A stretch of 20,000 bases of DNA from an uncultured virus (IMG/VR IMGVR_UViG_3300042519_001519) (Duplodnaviria; Heunggongvirae; Uroviricota; Caudoviricetes). The stretch spans positions 56,047 to 76,046 of IMG/VR virus record IMGVR_UViG_3300042519_001519; one strand, 5' to 3'. Positions 7,765 through 16,410 of the stretch are shown in pieces. Position 1 is the stretch's first letter, and the number at the start of each line of letters is the position of its first letter. Position numbers and translations under genes: made by a program. Under the pieces are notes generated by a model. The model was not told where the DNA came from. It ran no database searches and was given only the letters and a program-made list of their open reading frames with translations.

Positions 7765-8691
7765 ATGACACAAGAATTAAATCAAGCAGAAGTTGTAAAG
7801 ATTGCAGGAAAGCATCTAGGACAAGTAGGTGGAGCAGGATATAGCGATACTTACGATCCAAGTCTATTGGTAGAAATTCCACGTTACTTGAATAGAGAAG
7901 CGTATGGAATTGACGATAATAACCTTCCATTTGTTGGAGGAGATGTTTGGAATGCATACGAAGTATCTGCAATCACTACAAAAGGATTACCAGTAGTAGG
8001 AATGTTAAAGATTTGGTATCCAGCCGATTCAAAACTTCACGTAGAGTCTAAATCAATTAAATTGTATTTGAATTCATTCAATATGACTCAATTGGGAGAT
8101 ACAGATCATGAATGTATTAAGTTACTAAAAGAAAGAGTAAAGAAAGACCTATCTGACTTACTACAGACAAAAGTACAGGTAGAGATGTTTACATCAGAGC
8201 ATTCTCCAAGCTATGCCTTTAAAGGATATGCACCATTGGATGCTTTGGTTGACTTAAACAAAATTGAATTTACTTCTTACCATTCAGACGCTACACAGTT
8301 ACAGTCAGAAGAAGTATCTGAAGACTTTGAAATTGGAGAAATAAAAATACAGTCTAATCTTTTAAGATCAAATTGTAGAGTAACAAACCAACCAGACTGG
8401 GGTGATGTATTTATTCATATTAAACCAACAGCAGGAGTTGTTCCTGATTTAGAATCATTAGCAAAATATATTGTAAGTCACAGACAAGTAAGTCACTTCC
8501 ACGAAGAGATTTGTGAAATGATCTACATGCACTTAAAAGAAGCTTACAATCCAGAAGAATTAATGGTAGCTTGTCTTTATACTCGTAGAGGAGGATTGGA
8601 TATTAATCCAATTAGAGCTTCCCATAAGAAATTAATCCCAGGATTCTTTACAGATATTACTTGTAGAATGGCTAAAACATTACGTCAGTAA
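7765..8691 (+). CDS. queF: NADPH-dependent 7-cyano-7-deazaguanine reductase, bimodular type
   Basis: WNAYEVS, VESKSIKLYLNSF (QueF motif), SNCRVTNQPDWG (catalytic Cys/Asp), FHEEICE, YTRRGGLDINP. Confidence 0.93.
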   Translation: MTQELNQAEVVKIAGKHLGQVGGAGYSDTYDPSLLVEIPRYLNREAYGIDDNNLPFVGGDVWNAYEVSAITTKGLPVVGMLKIWYPADSKLHVESKSIKLYLNSFNMTQLGDTDHECIKLLKERVKKDLSDLLQTKVQVEMFTSEHSPSYAFKGYAPLDALVDLNKIEFTSYHSDATQLQSEEVSEDFEIGEIKIQSNLLRSNCRVTNQPDWGDVFIHIKPTAGVVPDLESLAKYIVSHRQVSHFHEEICEMIYMHLKEAYNPEELMVACLYTRRGGLDINPIRASHKKLIPGFFTDITCRMAKTLRQ

Positions 8692-8960
8692 TGGAAGCTA
8701 ACTCAAGACAAGAAGAAGTATTAGAGCTTATTGCCTTAAGAACACCACCAGGAGATAACTGGAAAGGACAATGGCCATCAGCACCCTTACATACAATTGA
8801 AGGACTGGTACCAACTCTATCAGCTTATATGAGAGCGACAGAGTTTAAAGGAGCTTACAGGTTAGAACCTCTAAAAGGAGAACTATACGCCATAAGAACT
8901 CAGACAGTTACCTGGACACCTCCAGAGCCAGAAAAATTTGACCTTTACGGGGAATTTTAG
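8691..8960 (+). CDS. Hypothetical protein
   Basis: ORF track; coupled to the queF stop. Confidence 0.65.
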   Translation: MEANSRQEEVLELIALRTPPGDNWKGQWPSAPLHTIEGLVPTLSAYMRATEFKGAYRLEPLKGELYAIRTQTVTWTPPEPEKFDLYGEF

Positions 8961-8963
8961 TAT

Positions 8964-8994
8964 AAAAGAGTTGCTTAACCGCAGCTCTTTTCTT
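8964..8994 (+). terminator. Intrinsic terminator overlapping a promoter
   Basis: AAAAGAGTTGC-TTAACC-GCAGCTCTTTT followed by CTT. Confidence 0.7.
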
Positions 8995-9001
8995 ATCTTT
9001 A
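8971..9001 (+). promoter_or_regulatory. Putative promoter TTG-N20-TATCTTTA
   Basis: TTG at 8971-8973, TATCTTTA from 8994; closest match to the Bacteroidota TAnnTTTG box. Confidence 0.65.
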
Positions 9002-9024
9002 CATAATATAAAAACAAAAAGGTT

Positions 9025-9480
9025 ATGACAGATTTCGAATTACTACTTAAGAAAGGGCAAGTTGGAGAACAGGTCGCATTAAAATACTTCAGTAAGATAA
9101 CTGAAGTAAAAGATCGCACAGATTATACTGAGCATAAATTCTACCAGAAGAAAGGATTTGATTTCGAATTTCTAAATAGAAAAACACAGACTTGGGATAG
9201 AGCAGAAGTAAAAACTAATATAAGAGAGAATAATTTAACGTTTTTTGAACTGTATAATAAGAAGCAGGAACTAGGATGGTTTAATACCTCTACTGCAGAT
9301 ATATTAGTTCTATTCAGCGTATATAGTAAGAAGCTGTACTACTGCAACTTAAAAGAGATGAGAAATTATATCAATAGTAGAATTGAGAGTAAGTCTATAA
9401 ACTTTAGTACAGTTAAGGACGGAAGTGTTGGAGTATGGATTCCTGTAAATAAGAATAATTTAATTATAGAACTTGACTAA
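9025..9480 (+). CDS. Putative PD-(D/E)xK endonuclease
   Basis: GQVGEQVA...KGFDF...AEVKT motif arrangement; GWFNTSTADIL. Confidence 0.6.
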   Translation: MTDFELLLKKGQVGEQVALKYFSKITEVKDRTDYTEHKFYQKKGFDFEFLNRKTQTWDRAEVKTNIRENNLTFFELYNKKQELGWFNTSTADILVLFSVYSKKLYYCNLKEMRNYINSRIESKSINFSTVKDGSVGVWIPVNKNNLIIELD

Positions 9481-9483
9481 GTT

Positions 9484-11817
9484 ATGCAAATAGAAAAAAA
9501 GTATTACCACGTCGATAGTATCGAGACTATCAACCTTCTTATCGAGCATATTAATCAGTCAGAAGTTCTTGCTTACGATACTGAGACAACTGGACTGAAT
9601 GTAAGAAGGGATCAAGTTGTAGGATGGTCCGTATCAGGAGAAGAAGGAATAGGATTCTATCTTCCAACTCAGAAATGGAATACAGAATTAAATCAATTAG
9701 AGGAATGTATCATTGGCGGAAAAGGAGCACATGACATTACTAAAAAGTTACTCCCGCTGCTTAAGGGTAAGAGACTAGTAATGCACAATGCTTCTTTTGA
9801 CTGCCGAATTACTAAGAACTATTACGGAGTATCTTTATTAGAAGATCTTTGGGTAGATACAGCTCTCCTTGTTCATACAGTACAGGAAGAAGGAGCTGGT
9901 ATGGGAGTGTTTGGACTAAAGGCATTAGCTATCTCTATTCAGAAAGAGATCGGACTAAATGTAGAAGAAGCAGCTAACAAAGAGCAAGTAGAGCTAAAAG
10001 AATCTATTAAAGCAAATGGAGGATCAACTACAAAAGATCTTTACGAGATCTTTAAAGCAGATATGGCAATTCTTTCCAAATATGCTGCAGCCGATACGGA
10101 TTTAACCCTTAGAGTTTGTAATCACTTCTTAAAAGTATTAAAGGAAGAAGGACTAGAGAAATTCTTCTTTGAAGAAGAAGTAATGCCTCTTTACAAAGAA
10201 GTAACTGTTCCAATGGAAGAGATAGGAGTAGCATTAAATCTTCCGTTACTAGAAAAGACTAGAGATGATATTACAAATGACCTACAATCGAATAAAAAGA
10301 TAGTAATTGACAGTATACTAAGCATTCCAGAGGCAAAGGAATGGGTAGTTGATACAGCACTTTATACTTACCCTCCTTCACACAAAGGTAACTGGGCACA
10401 GAATTTAATTATGCTTCACTCTCTTCCTTTAGAGAGAAGCGAAAAGACTGGAAAGTATTCTTTAACTAAAAAAGCTATTGACGAATTAGAAGAGAGTAAT
10501 ATAAAACAATTTCTACTAACAGGAGACTTAAACCTACTAGACGAAATGGAAGTTGTTAGAATTTCTATGTCGATGTGGAAGGAAGAGAATGAAGGAGACT
10601 ATTTGAATATTCAATCTAAGAAACACTTAGGTGAGATTGCATTCAAGTATATGGGAATCAAACCTCTTACTCAGACTAAAAAAGGTCAAGATCAATTTGA
10701 CATGGATATGTTAGAGGAGTTATCTAAGACTTATGAATGGGCAAATAACCTTAGAACATATAATAAGTTACTAAAAATTAAATCAACTTACATCGATAGA
10801 TTCCTAGACGGTCAAGAGGACGGAAGATACTACTTTTACTACAAGCAGCATGGTACGGTATCAGGAAGGTATGGATCAGATGCTCAGCAATTACCAAAGC
10901 CTAAAGAAGAAGGAGAAGATACCCCGCTACTTGTAAAGTATACAAATGTAGTAAGAGAGTTCTTAATTGCAGGAGAAGGAAGAAAGTTAATCGATAATGA
11001 CTATACTTCTCTAGAACCTCACTGCTTTGCTTCTGTAGCAGGTGATATTAATCTTCAAGAGATTTTTAACAACGGATGGGATTTCTATTCTACTGTTGCT
11101 ATTAGAACTGAGAAGCTTGATCAAGATAAAGTAAAATATCCAGACGGTGTTTCACCTGATACTAAATCTCCTATCTTCTTAAAGAAATTAGATCCAGTAA
11201 AAAGAAATCAAGCTAAGGCTTACTCTCTAGGAATTGCATACGGAATGGAAGCATATGCTCTGGCAAAGACTTTAAATATATCTCAGAAAGAAGCTGATAC
11301 TCTTGTAGCAGGTTACCTAGATGGTTTTCCTCAATTAAAAGAGTGGAGAGTTAACTCTAGAGAGCAAGTAAAAAGGCTAGGGTATATCCAAAATAAAGTA
11401 GGACGAATCAGACACTTACCAAAAGTGAAATTGATCTTTGAAAAGTTTGGAGATCAAGTATTGGATTGGAGATTTAGAAAGAGTCTTGAACAGCAGTACG
11501 GAAAAGATCCTGTAATGCAGATGTATAGAGATTATCGAAATGGATTAAACAACTGCTTGAACTACCAGTTACAGTCTTTAGCGGCAGCGGTTGTGAATAG
11601 AGCAGCAATTCAGATTAATAGAAAAGCAAAAGAGTTAGGAATAGACGGTAGAGTACAAGCTCAGATTCATGACCAGTTGATCATAAATGTAAGAGAAGAT
11701 CAAGCAGAAATGTTTATGCCTTACGTTCAAGAGTTGATGGAATTAACAACACAACTACCGGGAGTAACTCTAAAGGCACCACCACAGATAGCAAATAACT
11801 TTGCAGAAGGTCATTAG
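9484..11817 (+). CDS. polA: Family A DNA polymerase with 3'-5' exonuclease domain
   Basis: ExoI YDTETTG, ExoII HNASFD, ExoIII YAAAD; GTVSGR; motif A DYTSLE; motif B RNQAKAYSLGIAYG; motif C IHDQL; no 5'-3' exonuclease domain. Confidence 0.93.
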   Translation: MQIEKKYYHVDSIETINLLIEHINQSEVLAYDTETTGLNVRRDQVVGWSVSGEEGIGFYLPTQKWNTELNQLEECIIGGKGAHDITKKLLPLLKGKRLVMHNASFDCRITKNYYGVSLLEDLWVDTALLVHTVQEEGAGMGVFGLKALAISIQKEIGLNVEEAANKEQVELKESIKANGGSTTKDLYEIFKADMAILSKYAAADTDLTLRVCNHFLKVLKEEGLEKFFFEEEVMPLYKEVTVPMEEIGVALNLPLLEKTRDDITNDLQSNKKIVIDSILSIPEAKEWVVDTALYTYPPSHKGNWAQNLIMLHSLPLERSEKTGKYSLTKKAIDELEESNIKQFLLTGDLNLLDEMEVVRISMSMWKEENEGDYLNIQSKKHLGEIAFKYMGIKPLTQTKKGQDQFDMDMLEELSKTYEWANNLRTYNKLLKIKSTYIDRFLDGQEDGRYYFYYKQHGTVSGRYGSDAQQLPKPKEEGEDTPLLVKYTNVVREFLIAGEGRKLIDNDYTSLEPHCFASVAGDINLQEIFNNGWDFYSTVAIRTEKLDQDKVKYPDGVSPDTKSPIFLKKLDPVKRNQAKAYSLGIAYGMEAYALAKTLNISQKEADTLVAGYLDGFPQLKEWRVNSREQVKRLGYIQNKVGRIRHLPKVKLIFEKFGDQVLDWRFRKSLEQQYGKDPVMQMYRDYRNGLNNCLNYQLQSLAAAVVNRAAIQINRKAKELGIDGRVQAQIHDQLIINVREDQAEMFMPYVQELMELTTQLPGVTLKAPPQIANNFAEGH

Positions 11818-11820
11818 AAG

Positions 11821-11851
11821 TTGTTTCCTTAGATATTTATTCATATATTAT
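11821..11851 (+). promoter_or_regulatory. Putative promoter TTG-N20-TATATTAT upstream of groES
   Basis: TTG at 11821-11823, TATATT from 11844; also contains TATTTAT at 11834. Confidence 0.6.
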
Positions 11852-11880
11852 TAAAATAAGTTATTAACCAAATCAAGTTT

Positions 11881-12186
11881 ATGTCACAAGAGTTATCAGC
11901 TAACAGCGACAGAGTTATTGTAAAGCCTGTTGAATCAGGAGAAGAAAGATTCGGAAGTATTATCATTCCGGATATGGGGAAAGAAAAGCCAGAAATGGGT
12001 GAAGTAGTTTCCGTAGGTCCAGGACGCCAGTCTGAATTTGGACAATTTATTAGAGTAGAAGCCAGTGTAGGAGATGTGGTATTGATTCCTAAGATAGGAA
12101 CAATCCGTATTGACTTTGAAGGTCAAGAATACTTTATACTTCCAGACAGAGAAATTTTAGCAACAATCAGAAAATCACAAGAGTAG
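11881..12186 (+). CDS. groES: Co-chaperonin GroES
   Basis: DRVIVKP, GSIIIPD..KEKP..GEVVSVGPG, VGDVV, EILA. Confidence 0.95.
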   Translation: MSQELSANSDRVIVKPVESGEERFGSIIIPDMGKEKPEMGEVVSVGPGRQSEFGQFIRVEASVGDVVLIPKIGTIRIDFEGQEYFILPDREILATIRKSQE

Positions 12187-12188
12187 TT

Positions 12189-13823
12189 ATGTCAAAACAA
12201 ATTAGTTTTTCAAAAGAAGCTAGAGAGAAATTACTATCAGGAGTAAACCAACTAGCAGACGCAGTAGTATGTACATTGGGACCGTCAGGTAGGAATGTAT
12301 TTATTCAACAACAAGGAGGTAATCCAACCTCAACAAAGGATGGTGTAACAGTAGCCAAAGAAGTAGAATTGGAAGATCCAATTGAGAATACTGGAGCACA
12401 AGCTGTAAAACAAGTAGCAATCGAATCAGCTAGATTGGCTGGAGATGGTACTACAACAGCAACATTACTTGCAAGAGAAATTTATAGCCAAGGATTATCT
12501 GAGCTACAAAATGCAAATGCAGTAGAAGTAAAAAGAGGAATCGATATTGCCACTAAAGCAGTAGTCGAATACTTAAGAGAGAAGTACTCTAAAGAAGTTA
12601 CAGAAGAAGAACAAATCAAACAAGTAGCAACAATCTCAGGTAATAATGACCCAGAAGTAGGAAATCTTATTGCAACAGCAATGGATAAAGTTGGTAGAGA
12701 TGGATTAGTAACTATTGAAGAATCTAAAACAGGAGAGACTTATCTCGAAACTGTAGAGGGTATGCAATTCAACAGAGGATACAAGTCACCTTACTTCGTT
12801 ACAGATAACAATACTATGACTTCAGTATTGAACAATCCTTTAATCCTTATCACAGATAAAAGAATCCAGCACGTAAAAGAGATGCTTCCTTTATTGGAAT
12901 CAGTATCACAACAAAATAAAGACTTACTTATCATTGCAGATGATATTGACGGAGAGGCTTTATCGACATTGGTTGTAAATAAGATGAGAGGAATTCTTAG
13001 AGTAGTAGCAGTTAAAGCTCCTGAATTTGGAGATAAGAAGAAAGCTATGCTTGAAGACATTGCAGCTCTTACTGGGGGTACAGTTGTATCTGAGGAGAAA
13101 GGAATGAAGCTAGACAAATTCGATTTACAGTGGTTTGGTAATTCAAGAAAAGTAACAGTAGGTAAAGATGATACTACCATTGTAGATGGTAAAGGAACTG
13201 AAGAAGCTATTGCAGAGAGAATTGAGCAATTAAAAGAACAAATCGAGAATACAGTTTCACCTTACGAGATTGAAATCTTACAAGACAGATTAGCAAAACT
13301 TATCGGAGGAGTAGCTATGATTCATGTTGGAGGTCATACAGAGGTTGAAATGAGAGAGAAAAAAGATAGAGTAGATGATGCTCTTCATGCAACTAAAGCA
13401 GCTTTACAAGAAGGTATTTTACCTGGAGGAGGAATTGCTTTACTAAATGCTTCTTTCCACTTAACAGAGCATCCATTAGTAGCTCAACATCCAGATCAAG
13501 AAAAAGGATTTGACATTATAATCAAAGCACTTCAGAAGCCATTCAAACAGATCTTAGCAAATGCAGGAGAGACTTCAGAAGTAATTGAAGAGAGAGTAAA
13601 CTACATCTTTGACAATCACAAATGGATTGGATTTAATCCAAGAACAGGGGAGTATGTTGATATGTTAGAGGAAGGTATTATTGATCCAACTAAAGTAACA
13701 AGACTAGCTTTAGAGAATGCAGCATCAGTTGCAGGAACAATGTTAATCACAGAGTGTGTTATCACAAGTATAAAACCAAAAGATGAACAAGGAGCAGGAA
13801 TCGATCCTTCTCAGTTCATGTAA
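12189..13823 (+). CDS. groEL: Chaperonin GroEL
   Basis: [56 protein letters not shown]. Confidence 0.97.
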   Translation: MSKQISFSKEAREKLLSGVNQLADAVVCTLGPSGRNVFIQQQGGNPTSTKDGVTVAKEVELEDPIENTGAQAVKQVAIESARLAGDGTTTATLLAREIYSQGLSELQNANAVEVKRGIDIATKAVVEYLREKYSKEVTEEEQIKQVATISGNNDPEVGNLIATAMDKVGRDGLVTIEESKTGETYLETVEGMQFNRGYKSPYFVTDNNTMTSVLNNPLILITDKRIQHVKEMLPLLESVSQQNKDLLIIADDIDGEALSTLVVNKMRGILRVVAVKAPEFGDKKKAMLEDIAALTGGTVVSEEKGMKLDKFDLQWFGNSRKVTVGKDDTTIVDGKGTEEAIAERIEQLKEQIENTVSPYEIEILQDRLAKLIGGVAMIHVGGHTEVEMREKKDRVDDALHATKAALQEGILPGGGIALLNASFHLTEHPLVAQHPDQEKGFDIIIKALQKPFKQILANAGETSEVIEERVNYIFDNHKWIGFNPRTGEYVDMLEEGIIDPTKVTRLALENAASVAGTMLITECVITSIKPKDEQGAGIDPSQFM

Positions 13824-13845
13824 TATTAATTAAAAAGAAAAAAAG

Positions 13846-14013
13846 ATGAACAAGCAAGAATTATTCGAACAAATCGATGAATTGTATCAAAGTTTTGTAG
13901 CAAGCCATAACGGAACTACTAAAAAATCGCAAGCACAAGCAAGAAAGTCTATCGGAGAGGTTAAGAAATTAATCACAGATTATAGAAAAGCTTCAACAGC
14001 AGAGAGCAAGTAA
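13846..14013 (+). CDS. Histone H1-like (Hc1-family) small DNA-binding protein, 55 aa
   Basis: Not in ORF track. MNKQELFEQIDELYQSFVASHNGTTKKSQAQARKSIGEVKKLITDYRKASTAESK matches the Bacteroidota Hc1-like pattern (K....ARK...E..K....RK.S). Confidence 0.65.
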   Translation: MNKQELFEQIDELYQSFVASHNGTTKKSQAQARKSIGEVKKLITDYRKASTAESK

Positions 14014-14092
14014 GCAAGGACCGAGAGGGGAGGGGGCGTCAAAACCTCCTCACCGAAGGTGTCACGCGCAAATTTAACAAATAAACAAACAT

Positions 14093-14458
14093 ATGACAAT
14101 TTTAACATCAATTATTTTAGTGTTAGTTATAGTAGCAGGAACAGCATTCCTTGCATACTATATGCAAAGAGGAACAAAGCCCTTAAAAGAATTTAAAATG
14201 GACTTTGACAACAACAAAGAAGCTCAAGAGTTAGTAGAGTTATCTAAAGAATTGTACAATAAAGACTTACGTCCTATTGTAGCAAAGAAAGCACCTAAGA
14301 AAGACAAAGTAACAGAGCAGGTAGAGTCTATGAAAAAAGTAGTAGAAGCACACGATACTTTGGTAGAAGAGATTAACAAAATATCTCCAGAAGTAACAGC
14401 AGTAGTAGAAGCAGCAAAGCCAAAGAAAAAAAGAAAGTACTACCCTAAGAAAAAATAA
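14093..14458 (+). CDS. Membrane-anchored hypothetical protein with basic C-terminus
   Basis: N-terminal TM helix; ends KPKKKRKYYPKKK. Confidence 0.65.
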   Translation: MTILTSIILVLVIVAGTAFLAYYMQRGTKPLKEFKMDFDNNKEAQELVELSKELYNKDLRPIVAKKAPKKDKVTEQVESMKKVVEAHDTLVEEINKISPEVTAVVEAAKPKKKRKYYPKKK

Positions 14459-14470
14459 TACGTAAAGTGT

Positions 14471-14749
14471 ATGTCAGACTCAATAAAAAAATATCAAGAG
14501 TTACTAGAAGAAGGTAGAACGTTTACCGTTACAGCACATCAGAGAAGTACTATGACCATCATAGAGATACTTCGTGCTTCCGATTGTGCCGGTAATATGA
14601 AAACACTTCTAGAGAAAGCAACAGACATATGCAAAAAAAGTCCGAACCTTACCCCGGCCACTGTATTTCAAATTGCAGGTGATGAGGTAAAGGTAGACGA
14701 GTTATGTGGTAAAGAAAAACAAGAACAATGGAACAACAACCAAGAATGA
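14471..14749 (+). CDS. Hypothetical protein
   Basis: ORF track; operonic arrangement. Confidence 0.55.
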   Translation: MSDSIKKYQELLEEGRTFTVTAHQRSTMTIIEILRASDCAGNMKTLLEKATDICKKSPNLTPATVFQIAGDEVKVDELCGKEKQEQWNNNQE

Positions 14750-14964
14750 ATCTATCGATTGATCAAACACTTCCGGTAGAGTGCGAAAAATGTAACCATA
14801 CATTTTTTGAAGAAGCTCTTCACATTAGAAAGGCAAGTGGAATCCTTACAGGAACAGGTCAAACAACCTACATGCCTATTCCGGTATTTGCGTGCAAGGC
14901 CTGCGGCCATGTCAATACTGAGTTCCTTCCAAAGGAATTAAAGCACATGAATATAGGAGAGTAA
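14728..14964 (+). CDS. Zinc-ribbon protein
   Basis: CEKC...CKACGH pair. Confidence 0.7.
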   Translation: MEQQPRMNLSIDQTLPVECEKCNHTFFEEALHIRKASGILTGTGQTTYMPIPVFACKACGHVNTEFLPKELKHMNIGE

Positions 14965-14985
14965 GAGAGACTTTACTTAAACATC

Positions 14986-15011
14986 AAAGAGGCCTTGTGC
15001 CTCTTTTTTTT
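14986..15011 (+). terminator. Intrinsic terminator
   Basis: AAAGAGGC-CTTGT-GCCTCTTT followed by a T run to 15011. Confidence 0.8.
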
Positions 15012-15099
15012 GTGCTATTTATTAGAAATTAAACCAGTTACTATGAAAAATTTGTTATTACCAATTAGTTACATCTTAACTAAACTAAATAATTATTTT

Positions 15100-15351
15100 A
15101 TGGGATTTTTCAGTATCTTTAAAAAATCAAATGATTACAACGAGAAAGTTGTAATTGGATTCATGTCGTTCATGGTAATGGTAATTGCAATTGCAGTAGA
15201 CCTTGTAACAGGTTACCTAGGTAAAGCGTTAGAATTAAACGAGTACATCTTTGATGCATTTATGTACATCACATTAGGTTCATTCCTTCCAGATGTATTA
15301 GAGAAGTTTGCAGCAATGAAAAACGGAAACAAATCAAATAACGAAGAATAA
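15100..15351 (+). CDS. Small two-TM membrane protein, putative holin/antiholin
   Basis: Two hydrophobic segments and a charged tail, directly before the endolysin; start at 15100 or 15043 (track start 14995 lies inside the terminator). Confidence 0.55.
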   Translation: MGFFSIFKKSNDYNEKVVIGFMSFMVMVIAIAVDLVTGYLGKALELNEYIFDAFMYITLGSFLPDVLEKFAAMKNGNKSNNEE

Positions 15352-15361
15352 AAATTAGATT

Positions 15362-15973
15362 ATGAGCTTAAAAAGTTTACAAGAAAAGATCGGAGTAGCT
15401 GCAGATGGAGCTTTCGGTCCTGGAACAATGAAAAAAGCAATGGAGTTTTACAAACTAACACCAGTTAGAGCGGCTCACTTCTTTGCTCAAACGTCACACG
15501 AATCAGGAGGATTTAAAGCATTCTCTGAAAACTTAAACTACTCAGCACAAGGACTTCAAGGTATCTTTGGAAAATACTTTCCAGGTAACTTAGAAGAGTC
15601 TTACGCTAGAAATCCAGAGAAGATTGCCAATAGAGTTTACGCATCTAGAATGGGTAACGGTGATGAAAAATCAGGAGATGGTTTCAAATTTAGAGGAAGA
15701 GGTGCTCTTCAATTAACTGGTAAAGAAAACTACGCAGCATTTGCTAAGTATTTAAACAAGCCAGAAATTATGACTAATCCAGACTTAGTAGCAACAACTT
15801 ATTCATTTGAATCAGCAATGTTCTTCTTTGACAAAAATAAATTGTGGGAGATATGCGACAAAGGAATTAATGATGCAGCCATATTAGCTCTTACAAAAAG
15901 AATTAACGGGGGTACTCACGGATTAGCAGATCGTTCAGAGAAAACTAAAAAGTATTACGAATACGTTAAATAG
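15362..15973 (+). CDS. Endolysin, glycoside hydrolase family 19, with short N-terminal peptidoglycan-binding-like segment
   Basis: LQEKIGVAADGAFGPGT; AHFFAQTSHESGGF; FRGRGALQLTGKENY; TKRINGGTHGLADR. Confidence 0.9.
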   Translation: MSLKSLQEKIGVAADGAFGPGTMKKAMEFYKLTPVRAAHFFAQTSHESGGFKAFSENLNYSAQGLQGIFGKYFPGNLEESYARNPEKIANRVYASRMGNGDEKSGDGFKFRGRGALQLTGKENYAAFAKYLNKPEIMTNPDLVATTYSFESAMFFFDKNKLWEICDKGINDAAILALTKRINGGTHGLADRSEKTKKYYEYVK

Positions 15974-15984
15974 GTAAATATAAG

Positions 15985-16410
15985 ATGAAAACTTCACTAT
16001 TAATTACATTATCATTGACAACAGCATTAGCATTTATTGGTACATATTTTATGCACCTAACAGCCGATAACATCGAGCAATTCCTAGCAGTAGGATTGGT
16101 TGTCTTTGCTGATGGCTTCTTTGGCATATGGGCCGGAGTTAAGAGAGAAGGATTTCAGACTTGTAAAGCATTAAGTGTATTAAAGACATTTGGTTTCTGG
16201 ACAGTAATGCTGGCAGCCATCTTATCAATAGAAAAAGGATTTACTGGAACATCTTGGTTGAGTGAAACCATTATGGCTCCTTTCTTAGTGTTCCAGTTAG
16301 TCTCTATATTGAAAAATGCCTCAATGGTAGGTATAGTTAAAAACGAACTAGTAACACAAATACTAGACAGATTAGATAAACACAAAGGAGACAGAGATGT
16401 TACAAAATAA
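15985..16410 (+). CDS. Holin (Phage_holin_4_1-like)
   Basis: Multiple TM segments, DGFFGIWAG, SILKNASMVG...ILDRL; follows the endolysin. Confidence 0.7.
   Translation: MKTSLLITLSLTTALAFIGTYFMHLTADNIEQFLAVGLVVFADGFFGIWAGVKREGFQTCKALSVLKTFGFWTVMLAAILSIEKGFTGTSWLSETIMAPFLVFQLVSILKNASMVGIVKNELVTQILDRLDKHKGDRDVTK

Noticed and set aside
6755..8590. Other TCGTAG occurrences (near 6755, 6866, 8583) as further aptamer copies
   Set aside because: Inside coding sequence, with no flanking stem or AAAAAC tail.
9484..11817. Intein or intron in polA
   Set aside because: Continuous ORF of ordinary length with no splicing or homing motifs seen.
14995..15099. Extended N-termini given by the track (14995; likewise 7212 and 2492)
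   Set aside because: They use non-ATG starts inside a terminator or the upstream gene; downstream ATGs (15043/15100, 7239, 2522) fit better.
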